From the NCBI GenBank assembly GCA_965226055.1, contig CBDDCA010000006.1, forward strand, positions 672,001 through 736,000: a stretch of DNA of 64,000 bases, given 5' to 3'. The DNA comes from Spirochaetia bacterium (GTDB lineage: Bacteria > Spirochaetota > Spirochaetia > WTKD01 > G963693115). Position numbers and translations under genes: made by a program. The notes under the pieces were generated by a model that saw only the letters and a program-made list of their open reading frames with translations, was not told where the DNA came from and did not search any database. Positions 52,074 to 60,612 of the stretch are shown here, one piece after another; the stretch's first letter is position 1; each line of letters begins with the position of its first letter.

Positions 52074-53558
52074 ATGCAATATATAACATCTTATTCTATG
52101 CAATCATACAGACGAAACTGCACTATCGTGTTACTATCATGTAGTATGTTGTTTGTTCTGTTTCTCTCAATTATTGCCTGTGCTACAAGAAATATGCAGT
52201 ATGCAAGTACTGATATGCTTGTGCAAGAACAGAATTTTTCTGCAGCACGTCAAGAGATAGAAGCAAATAAGAGCAATCTCTATACAGCTGAAGATACTAT
52301 TCTCTATTATTTAGATGATGGTATGTTAGCTTTTTATGATAGAAAGAACACCGAAAGTATATCACAACTGAGTACTGCAGATCGTTTAATGGAAGATGCG
52401 TATACAAAAAGTTTTAGTCAAGAAACACTCAGTTTTATTCTTAATGATACCGTAAAAGAATATGCAGGAGAAGAACATGAGAGATTATTTACAAATGTAT
52501 TTCTTTCCTTAAATTATCTTCTGAAAAATAATTTTGATAATGGTTTCGTTGAAATGAGAAAAGCATTGAATGTTATTCAAAAGATACAGAATGATAATAG
52601 AATTTTGTACGATAGTTATGTTCAATCGGAGGATGCGTATGTTTCTTTAGATGAGTATGAGACACCAATTGTTGATAGTGCCTTTGTAAGATTGCTTTCA
52701 TCTTGGGTATATCGTGCAGATAGGGATATAAGTGATTATGAGGTAGCGTTACGAAACTATAATAACGCAGTACAGTTACAGCCGCATTTATATACTTTTT
52801 CTCCTCCTGAGTATGATATAGAACAAGGAGATGAAATATTTCGCCAATACACGCAATCTGCAAATGTGCAGATTGTAGCGTTTACAGGGCGTATTCCTAT
52901 AAAAGTAGAAAAGGGTTTTTCTGTAAATGCAGCTGAGGGGATAGCTGTTATTCATGCATTTGATGAGGAAGCAGTTTTAGATGGATATGCTGTTGCACAG
53001 TCAAATGATAGTTCTGTGTTAACTACCGCTATTGCGATACCAGATGATATATCATTTTCTGCACGGTTTTCTCTTCCTTATATTGTTAGGTATATTTCGG
53101 AAGTACAAGAGATAGAAGTATATGTTGATGATGATATGGTAGGAAAGCTGCAGAAAACAGAAGATATGGCTACTATTACACAGGCTATATTTGAATCAAA
53201 ACGAAATTTTATCTATGCTAAAACGATATCTCGGGTAATAGCAAAAGCACTTATTTCTACGTCAGCAACGCAAGCAGCGTCACAGGCTAATCAAACCGCG
53301 GGGTTATTGACTGCTGTTGCGGGAGGCTTATTTAATAATTTGAGTGAAACCGCAGATACTCGGTCAGCACGGTATTATCCTGGTGTTATATGGACAGGAG
53401 ATTTTTTATTGTCTGATATTGAGGAAGAAAAAGAACATACAATTACTCTTCAATACCTCAATGCTTTAGGGCAAGTACTCTATCAAGAAGAACAAATTGC
53501 TACTGTAGACTCTACACTCAATAAGCTCAATTTAATAACTTCGGTATTTTTGCATTAG
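52074..53558 (+). CDS. COG3014-like (TPR-type) lipoprotein
   Basis: Lipobox IIA-C; LYYLD.G.L, Y.GE..E, L.Y, E.R, E.ADTRS..Y.P motifs. Confidence 0.65.
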   Translation: MQYITSYSMQSYRRNCTIVLLSCSMLFVLFLSIIACATRNMQYASTDMLVQEQNFSAARQEIEANKSNLYTAEDTILYYLDDGMLAFYDRKNTESISQLSTADRLMEDAYTKSFSQETLSFILNDTVKEYAGEEHERLFTNVFLSLNYLLKNNFDNGFVEMRKALNVIQKIQNDNRILYDSYVQSEDAYVSLDEYETPIVDSAFVRLLSSWVYRADRDISDYEVALRNYNNAVQLQPHLYTFSPPEYDIEQGDEIFRQYTQSANVQIVAFTGRIPIKVEKGFSVNAAEGIAVIHAFDEEAVLDGYAVAQSNDSSVLTTAIAIPDDISFSARFSLPYIVRYISEVQEIEVYVDDDMVGKLQKTEDMATITQAIFESKRNFIYAKTISRVIAKALISTSATQAASQANQTAGLLTAVAGGLFNNLSETADTRSARYYPGVIWTGDFLLSDIEEEKEHTITLQYLNALGQVLYQEEQIATVDSTLNKLNLITSVFLH

Positions 53559-53580
53559 CCATATTTTGTGATATTTTTGC

Positions 53581-54216
53581 ATGATAAAGCATAAGATAAA
53601 AAAAATAATTTTGCTAGGACCAAAACATGTAGGAAAAACATCGGTTGCAGAGCAAATAGCAATACAATGTTCATTTCCATTTTCTGATACTGATGCTGAT
53701 ATATTACTTGCATTACAAAAGAAAAATCAGGTACACAAAAGTATTGCAGAGGCCTATGAAGCTATAGGTCCTACTGTATTTCAGTCATATGAAGCACAGG
53801 TAGTAGCACATGCACTTGCTACTGATGCCTATATAGTAGCAACAGGGGGAGGTCTTGCAGATAACCAAAAAGCCTTTTTTTATGTTCAATCTGCTATTAC
53901 TGCGTTTTCAAATAAAGTACCTAAAACAGAAAATACCTGTCTGGCAGTACTCTTAAAAGATGAGGGAGATAAAATATGGGAGCGTGTGAGTCAAAAAAGT
54001 ATTCCTGCTTTTGTAAAAAATGCAGTGTTCCAACAACTAACGATACAAAAAAAGAGGATGCCCGATCAAGCAACTCTGTACAGTATGTATCGGGATTATT
54101 TTATGGAAACATTTCATAGGCGTAATGAAATATATGCCTCAATAGCAAATAAAATAATAGAAGTACAGCATAAAACACCGATGCAGTTAGCAAAAGAAAT
54201 TTGTGCTATACTATAA
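53581..54216 (+). CDS. aroK: Shikimate kinase-like protein
   Basis: LLGPKHVGKTS, F.DTD, G...F...E, VATGGG, R...Y. Confidence 0.7.
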   Translation: MIKHKIKKIILLGPKHVGKTSVAEQIAIQCSFPFSDTDADILLALQKKNQVHKSIAEAYEAIGPTVFQSYEAQVVAHALATDAYIVATGGGLADNQKAFFYVQSAITAFSNKVPKTENTCLAVLLKDEGDKIWERVSQKSIPAFVKNAVFQQLTIQKKRMPDQATLYSMYRDYFMETFHRRNEIYASIANKIIEVQHKTPMQLAKEICAIL

Positions 54217-54222
54217 ACATTT

Positions 54223-55467
54223 ATGTCTAGTAAAGTAATAATTCTTGTTATAAATTGTGGTAGCTCTTCCTTAAAATACGATGTGTTTTCTTTTGAAAAT
54301 GACAAAATATATAAAAGTATGGCAAAGGGAGTAGTAGAAAAGATAGGAGAATCAGGATCGAGTATTATAAATCATAGCAGTACTGGTGTAAAGGTGCGAG
54401 AAAGCTGTGAAATTTCTTCTCATAAAGAAGCCTTTACTGTTATGTCTAATTTTTTATGTCATAAAGAATACGGAGTGCTAAAAGATATCTCGGAGATAAA
54501 TGCAGTAGGGCATAGGGTAGTACATGGAGGAGAAATGTATGCCTCATCGGTGATTATTGACTCTTCTGTGAAACAAACAATAAGAGAGATGATTCCTCTT
54601 GCTCCCTTACATAATCCTGCACATCTTATTGGGATAGATGTAGTCACTGATATTCTGCCTTCTGTTCCTCAGGTGGCAGTATTTGATACTGCATTTCATC
54701 AAACTATGCCAGAATACTCTTATTTATATGCTCTTCCGTATAATATTTATCAACAATATAAGATTAGGCGCTATGGGTTTCATGGGACATCGCATTATTA
54801 TGTAAGCAGACGAGCTGCAGATCTATTAGGAGTATCCGTTAAGGACATACATATGATTACTTGTCATCTAGGAAATGGAGCTTCTATTACTGCAGTTGAG
54901 AAAGGAAAATCTATAGATACCTCTATGGGATTTACTCCGCTTGAAGGGCTTATGATGGGAACGCGTTGTGGCTCGGTAGATCCAGCTATTGTAAACTATC
55001 TCATTTTACAAGGGAAAGGCACAGATCAGATAAATACCATTATCAATAAAGAAAGTGGTTTGTTAGGTATTTCTGGTATATCAAATGATATGCGTGATAT
55101 TGAAACAGTAGCACAAGACGAATATCAAGGTACATTTTTGCCCATGAAACACAGAGCAGAGCTTGCTCTTAAAATGTATGCTCATGTAGCTGCAAAATAT
55201 ATTGGGGGGTTTATGACAGTATTAAGAGGTGTGGATGTTATTGTTTTTACTGCAGGGGTAGGACAGTTTGGAACAAAAATGAGAAAACGTATTTGCGATC
55301 ATTTTTCGTTTATGGGAGTGGAGATAGATGAAGAAAAAAATGCGACAGCAACAACTACAGAGGCAATTATTTCTACAGATGCTTCAAAAATAAAAGTAGC
55401 CGTTATTCCTACAAACGAAGAGTTACAAATAGCAAAAGATACCTATACCTTAATGCAATCTATGTAA
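54223..55467 (+). CDS. ackA: Acetate kinase
   Basis: VINCGSSSLK, GHRVVHGG, APLHNP, VFDTAFHQT, RRYGFHGTSH, HLGNGAS, SMGFTPLEGL.MGTR.G, IPTNEE. Confidence 0.96.
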   Translation: MSSKVIILVINCGSSSLKYDVFSFENDKIYKSMAKGVVEKIGESGSSIINHSSTGVKVRESCEISSHKEAFTVMSNFLCHKEYGVLKDISEINAVGHRVVHGGEMYASSVIIDSSVKQTIREMIPLAPLHNPAHLIGIDVVTDILPSVPQVAVFDTAFHQTMPEYSYLYALPYNIYQQYKIRRYGFHGTSHYYVSRRAADLLGVSVKDIHMITCHLGNGASITAVEKGKSIDTSMGFTPLEGLMMGTRCGSVDPAIVNYLILQGKGTDQINTIINKESGLLGISGISNDMRDIETVAQDEYQGTFLPMKHRAELALKMYAHVAAKYIGGFMTVLRGVDVIVFTAGVGQFGTKMRKRICDHFSFMGVEIDEEKNATATTTEAIISTDASKIKVAVIPTNEELQIAKDTYTLMQSM

Positions 55468-55501
55468 TTCTTGGAAAAATAATTAAAATAGTGTAATTTT
55501 T

Positions 55502-57121
55502 TTGCAAAACAGTAACGCTCCACAGTTTATTCTTGCTCAACATCTTATTGAATGGTTTAGTTGTCCTTTGCGATCATTTCATCTTATTCATAATCAATGC
55601 TCATCTCTTGCTATAGCATCTCGCTATCGTGAAAATATTCGTGTGTTACATACATTTCTGCGTGACTTAAAAAGCATTGATATTGCTCTTCCTCTTGATA
55701 GGAGAGAGAATGCTGAACAACATGCAGTGAAGACTCCACAAGAGTCTCTTATAGAGACTAAGGAGCTATTTGAACGTAATCAGCCAATAAGTGAAGCTCT
55801 ATTTTGTATAAGAAGAAATATACTTCTTTTTGTTCCATATATGTATTGGGATAATGAAGCGAAAGGATGGGTGTTGTGGTATGGTATGGCATCTAATAGC
55901 CATAAACGGGAATCTATGTTGCAGGCTGCATTGATGTTGGCATATGCAAAAGAACACGGTGTCTCTATATCAAAGATATTATGTTTTGCTCATAATACAT
56001 TTAAGCTCATAGATAAACAGCTCATAACGTATGAAATTAAAAAAAATACCGATACTATTGATAGTAGTATAGTCAAACAGCTTAAACATTGGAGATGTTT
56101 TGATATAACCAAAAAAACTCGTAATTATGCGACACAAGAAAAAAATGAGTTCAAAAATCTTTTTGCAATTATAGAAAAAGAAGATGCCTTTACAAATAAA
56201 CAGTACTGGAAAGGATGCAACAGGCAGTACTGTGAATCATGTGCTACTGAAGAGCAGTATGCAATAGACGATATTCGTACAATACGAAAATCTAAGCATC
56301 TTACTGACGAGTTGTATAAAGATGGAATACGGAAAATTACAGAACTTCCATCGGGAATCCCTTTTGAAACGGCAGCATATCGACAAATACAGTCTGTAAA
56401 ACAAAATAGACCCATACTGTACACACAAGAAATAAAAGAAATGCTTCATAGTATGCACTATCCACGATATTATCTTGATTTTGAAGCGTTTAATAGCTCT
56501 GTGCCTTCGTTTCATAAAACAAATGCATGGGAATATGTTCCTTTTTTGTTCTCTTTACAATGGCAAAGTCATCCTCAAGGGAAAGTGCATACTCAGTTGT
56601 GGGCTATGCCTCCCGCAGTGGATAAACGTAAGGATATGTGGGATATTTTGAAACAGCATCTCGATAGAGCTGGTTCTATTATTGTGTACAGCAGTCAGTT
56701 TGAGGATGCAATTCTTAAAAAACTGTCAGAGCTTTCAAACGAATATTCTGTGTACCAAGAGTTACGATCAAAGATAGTAGATTTACAAACGCTATTTTTT
56801 AATCTATCATTGTATCACCCTAAACAAAAGGGGAAAATATCTCTTAAGACGGTAGCTGATGTATGGCTTACTATTTCTTATAGTAATTTTACTGTTTCTG
56901 AAGGTATTGCTGCTAATTATTACTATGCTACTTTTTGTGATGAAGCACAGCATATTTTTGATACTATTAAGCAATCACCGTATCTCTCACTGTTGTTTGG
57001 TACACTCCGTAGTATAGAAGACAGTACTATTGTACTCAAAGATATTATGGAGTATTGTAAATATGATACAAAAGTTATGGTACATATTGTGCATTTACTA
57101 GAAGATAGTGTAAGCACATAA
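55502..57121 (+). CDS. DUF2779-domain protein (RNase H-like/DEDD C-terminal domain)
   Basis: YP.YYLDFE, PF.FSL, SI.VY...FE...L..L, VDL..LF, SLK.V, YC..DT; TTG start uncertain. Confidence 0.7.
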   Translation: MQNSNAPQFILAQHLIEWFSCPLRSFHLIHNQCSSLAIASRYRENIRVLHTFLRDLKSIDIALPLDRRENAEQHAVKTPQESLIETKELFERNQPISEALFCIRRNILLFVPYMYWDNEAKGWVLWYGMASNSHKRESMLQAALMLAYAKEHGVSISKILCFAHNTFKLIDKQLITYEIKKNTDTIDSSIVKQLKHWRCFDITKKTRNYATQEKNEFKNLFAIIEKEDAFTNKQYWKGCNRQYCESCATEEQYAIDDIRTIRKSKHLTDELYKDGIRKITELPSGIPFETAAYRQIQSVKQNRPILYTQEIKEMLHSMHYPRYYLDFEAFNSSVPSFHKTNAWEYVPFLFSLQWQSHPQGKVHTQLWAMPPAVDKRKDMWDILKQHLDRAGSIIVYSSQFEDAILKKLSELSNEYSVYQELRSKIVDLQTLFFNLSLYHPKQKGKISLKTVADVWLTISYSNFTVSEGIAANYYYATFCDEAQHIFDTIKQSPYLSLLFGTLRSIEDSTIVLKDIMEYCKYDTKVMVHIVHLLEDSVST

Positions 57122-57296
57122 TACTATTTTATACATAGTAAAAAAAAGTCATTACTAATAAAATTTATTCTGGACTCATAAAATTCTATCAATAACAACT
57201 TTTTTAAAAACTGTATACTTCTCCCATTTTATAGGGGTATTCTTAAAACCTGCTGTGTGTAAAAACTTCTATCTTAGTAAATGGTATTAATTAGTA

Positions 57297-58169
57297 CTAT
57301 GAATTATCAGTGGTAATCTCTTTCTTAGCTTCAATTGATGTATAATGTTTTGTTGTAGTTTGACCTTGAGTAGTAGTAGTAATAACTTGTTGTACTACGA
57401 TTGTATAAGCTGTATTTTTAGTGAGATCAGTTAGTTTATAAGATGTTTTAGGATCAGAAGTAGTGTCGCTCATCTTTTTTGCTGTTTCTTTTTTTACATC
57501 TGCGGTATCGAGTCCTGTTCCTGCTTTATAATATATCCAATATTCATTGGAATCTGCAACTGCTGCATCATTAATATTAATTGTAACCTCTGTGCTGGTT
57601 ATTGGTGTAACTGTGAAAAAACTAACATCTGAAGGTTTTGTCTCAAATTTTGGTTTTTGAGTACTTTTATATGCCACTTCAAATCTTACTCCATCTGATT
57701 CTTCATCTCCATTTACCACAGTTATTGCTATTTCATAAGTTGTACCTGCGTTAAGTTTACTATGGTCTATCTCTGCTTGAGTGACATTTTTATTTGTAGT
57801 CTCTATTTGTTGAGGGGTTTCTGTGGCTGCGGCTGTTTGTATCTGTGCAGGAGTTCTTTCACTATTAATAACTTTTGCTATATAATATACCTTGTAAGAT
57901 AGGTTTGCTGCAGTTAGTTTTGTATTATCTGGTGTTTTAGCGTTGTCATCAATGTCCGGCGCATACCATTTTATTATTAAATCTCCATCACTATCAACAG
58001 AAATACTTCTTCCCACATCGGAAATATCTGGTAGTTTTGAATTACTTTCTGTACTACTACTACTCCCTACACCATTATTTTCACAACTTATAGTTGCAAA
58101 CAAACTTGTTACAATTATCATAAACAATGACAATTTGATTAAATTATTTGAAAACTTAGCATGTTTCAT
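57297..58169 (-). CDS. Lipoprotein with two FN3-like domains, paralogous to modules of the 9836-14501 protein
   Basis: AAGGAGAG RBS; lipobox TIS-C plus poly-Ser; W.AP......K......LT...LSYKVY..AK.....RT.AQI.TA and L..GT.YEI motif shared with the giant FN3 protein. Confidence 0.8.
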   Translation of the reverse strand: MKHAKFSNNLIKLSLFMIIVTSLFATISCENNGVGSSSSTESNSKLPDISDVGRSISVDSDGDLIIKWYAPDIDDNAKTPDNTKLTAANLSYKVYYIAKVINSERTPAQIQTAAATETPQQIETTNKNVTQAEIDHSKLNAGTTYEIAITVVNGDEESDGVRFEVAYKSTQKPKFETKPSDVSFFTVTPITSTEVTININDAAVADSNEYWIYYKAGTGLDTADVKKETAKKMSDTTSDPKTSYKLTDLTKNTAYTIVVQQVITTTTQGQTTTKHYTSIEAKKEITTDNS

Positions 58170-58440
58170 ATAATCTCTCCTTATAAAATATAATGTTTAT
58201 ACAACAAATAGAATGTTCATTAGTCCAAATTTCAAACATTTTATTTCTTGTACTTAATAATTGTATGTTTTTTTTGTCAAGTGCAAGGCACGAGGAATTA
58301 TGTATAAAAGCAGACTAAAATAATTTATTGCTTTTAGCGTAAATACGCAATCAAAATTATACTTGATGAGTATCTCTTATATGCGTAAATCAAAGTATAC
58401 AACTATAATCCTAATCTACTTTTTATCTATGCCGATACTA

Positions 58441-58469
58441 TTGACATATCTAAAAGGGAGAATTATAAA
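58441..58469 (+). promoter_or_regulatory. Putative sigma70 promoter for the membrane protein/IrrE pair
   Basis: TTGACA, 17-nt spacer, TATAAA. Confidence 0.6.
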
Positions 58470-58575
58470 GTCTTGTATTACATTTTAGTTACAAATATGT
58501 TACAATATATATTAGTATGATTGTAGCTAAAGCATAAAAAACTATTGTAATATTAATCTTATATGTAAAAATAAT

Positions 58576-59055
58576 ATGAGTAATGAGAAAGAAAAGAAAA
58601 AGAATTGGTTTTCAAAGTTTATAGATTGGATTAATAAACATATATCTATGTTTATTAGTATTACTTTATTAGTATTTTTTATATCATTAGGTTTCATATT
58701 TTATCAGACTGTACAAACAGGATATTCTCATTTCAGAAATATAGAGTATGATTTTGATAGTGCAGATGCAATAAGTTTACAAATAACTTTATTACAAGTA
58801 CTTATAGGTTCATTTGCTTTGGGCGTAGGTGCATTAGGTATTATAGGATGGAAAGAATTACGTAATACTTTAAAAACTTCTATAACTAAAGAAATATTTG
58901 AAGAATTAGAAAAAGATAAAAGAAAAAGAGAAGAAGATTTAAGAAAAGAAATAACTGAAAAAACAGAATTAGATTTACAAGCAAAGGAGATGGAAGAAGC
59001 TAGAAAAAGAGAAATATTAAAAGAATTAGCAAGGAAATCTAATAGGAGGAAGTAA
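58576..59055 (+). CDS. Hypothetical 2-TM membrane protein with charged coiled-coil C-terminus
   Basis: Two hydrophobic helices then a K/E/R-rich tail; very AT-rich; its 3' end carries the AGGAG RBS of the next gene. Confidence 0.75.
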   Translation: MSNEKEKKKNWFSKFIDWINKHISMFISITLLVFFISLGFIFYQTVQTGYSHFRNIEYDFDSADAISLQITLLQVLIGSFALGVGALGIIGWKELRNTLKTSITKEIFEELEKDKRKREEDLRKEITEKTELDLQAKEMEEARKREILKELARKSNRRK

Positions 59056-59059
59056 TAAA

Positions 59060-59566
59060 ATGAATAAAATAGAAGAAATAACACAAAACTTAAAAGAAGA
59101 TTCATTATTAGATACTATCCCAGTGAATTTAGAAAAAATAGCAAATCATTATGAAATAAAGGTTTTTTATAGATATATAGGAAAATTATCAGGCCAGATT
59201 ATAAAAAAAGAAAATAATACATATGAAATAATTGTTAGTGTTTTACACCCAAATACAAGACAACGATTTACATTAGCACATGAATTAGCACATTACTTCT
59301 TACATAAACAAGAAATAGGGGATGGGATAAATGAAACTGCTTTATATAGAAGTGGACTCTCTAATAAAATGGAAGCAGAAGCTAATAGATTAGCTGGAAA
59401 TATTATTATGCCTGGTCATAAAATTGATGAAATTTTAGAAGAAATAACAAAAAAAATAGGACTTAGTGTAGAAAATGGCAAAGAAATAATAATTACTCTT
59501 ATGGCTGATATATTTGAAGTTTCTAAACAAGCAATGACCTATCGTCTAGGACTACAAGACAAATAA
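59060..59566 (+). CDS. ImmA/IrrE (DUF955) family Zn metallo-endopeptidase without an N-terminal HTH
   Basis: PV.L..IA, LSG.I, RQRFTLAHELAHYFLH (HEXXH), E.EAN.LAG.I.MP, A..F.VS..A...RL. Confidence 0.9.
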   Translation: MNKIEEITQNLKEDSLLDTIPVNLEKIANHYEIKVFYRYIGKLSGQIIKKENNTYEIIVSVLHPNTRQRFTLAHELAHYFLHKQEIGDGINETALYRSGLSNKMEAEANRLAGNIIMPGHKIDEILEEITKKIGLSVENGKEIIITLMADIFEVSKQAMTYRLGLQDK

Positions 59567-59635
59567 TTATTTTATAATGTTTTATTTCTGTTTTGTGATT
59601 TTTTATATACAATAACTTTATCCAAGAAATCATCC

Positions 59636-59752
59636 ACGAGTTCAAGTATTAAATGCGACAAAGGAGCAAAAAAAGGATACCCTATGAGCTATACTCATAT
59701 ATCATACCATGAACGCACAGAAATAGCACGGCTTAAAATATCCCGTTTGTGA
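59636..59752 (+). mobile_element. IS30-family remnant: left inverted-repeat-like sequence plus transposase N-terminal stub
   Basis: ACGAGTTCAAGTATTAAATGCGACA resembles IS30-family ends (..TTCAA.....AAnTGCAACA); ORF 59684-59752 MSYTHISYHERTEIARLKISRL* resembles IS30 transposase starts (MSY.HLT..ER..I..L). Confidence 0.6.
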
Positions 59753-59827
59753 TAAGTGTTGAATCAATATCACACTACTAGCACGGGAGGCTGTATTAGT
59801 CTAATTTTCATTAAATGGGTCAGCCTC

Positions 59828-60595
59828 TTATTTTTTTTTGTTTTGATGTTCTGGATCGTTTACTGTTTGTCCTCTTGCTTCACGATATTTTACTATTTTT
59901 CGTTTGAGTAAATTTATCAGTTTAGTAATTTTTATGCCACGAGGACATGCTTTTGTGCATTCAAACATGCTTTCACATGCCCATATGCCATCTTTTTTGT
60001 CCAGAACATCAATACGAGCTTCAAGTCCCGCGTCGCGAGTATCGTCAATAAATCGTGCTGCCTGTACTAATGCCATAGGGCCAATGAAGTCGGGATTTTT
60101 TTCATCTAGTATAGGGCAAGCCGAAAAACATGCAGCACAGCCAATACAGCTGGATGCCTCTGCAAGTAATTTTTGTTCTTCAGGGCTTTGTAAAAATTCG
60201 CCTACTGAGGGAAGATCTTTCCTTGGTATAAAATAAGGTTTGACTGATTTATATTTTTCTATAAACGGAGTTTGGTCAACGACAAGATCTTTTTCCACCT
60301 TTAGATGATTAAGTGGCTGTATTTCCACCGTAAAATTATTGTCTTCGTTTGCTACTTGCTCAAATAATGTTTTACACGCAAGCCTATTTTTGCCATTGAT
60401 AATCATTGCGTCTGAGCCACACACACCATGTGCACAGCTTCTTCTAAATGATAATGTTCTATCTTGTGTTTTTGCAATGCTTTCTAGTGCATCTATTACA
60501 CGGGATGTATCTTCTACTTCTAAAGTATAGGTAGAGTAGCTTGTTTTTATAGCTGCTTTAGGGTCAAAACGCTTTACTTTTAATGTTACTTGCAT
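59828..60595 (-). CDS. sdhB: Succinate dehydrogenase/fumarate reductase iron-sulfur subunit
   Basis: RRSCAHGVCGSD..IN..LAC, DLVVD, CIGCAACFSACP, C.....CTKACP; AGGAGG RBS before ATG 60595. Confidence 0.93.
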   Translation of the reverse strand: MQVTLKVKRFDPKAAIKTSYSTYTLEVEDTSRVIDALESIAKTQDRTLSFRRSCAHGVCGSDAMIINGKNRLACKTLFEQVANEDNNFTVEIQPLNHLKVEKDLVVDQTPFIEKYKSVKPYFIPRKDLPSVGEFLQSPEEQKLLAEASSCIGCAACFSACPILDEKNPDFIGPMALVQAARFIDDTRDAGLEARIDVLDKKDGIWACESMFECTKACPRGIKITKLINLLKRKIVKYREARGQTVNDPEHQNKKK

Positions 60596-60612
60596 GTTTC
60601 CTCCTAATATTC

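Noticed and set aside
58280-58312. GCAAGGCACGAGGAATTATGTATAAAAG as an IS256-like terminal repeat
   Set aside because: Only vague resemblance, with no partner repeat or transposase fragment seen
59600-59640. DnaA-box-like 9-mers (TTATATACA, TTATCCAAG, TCATCCACG) as oriC
   Set aside because: Each has 2 mismatches, which is expected by chance in AT-rich DNA, and one overlaps the IS30-like end
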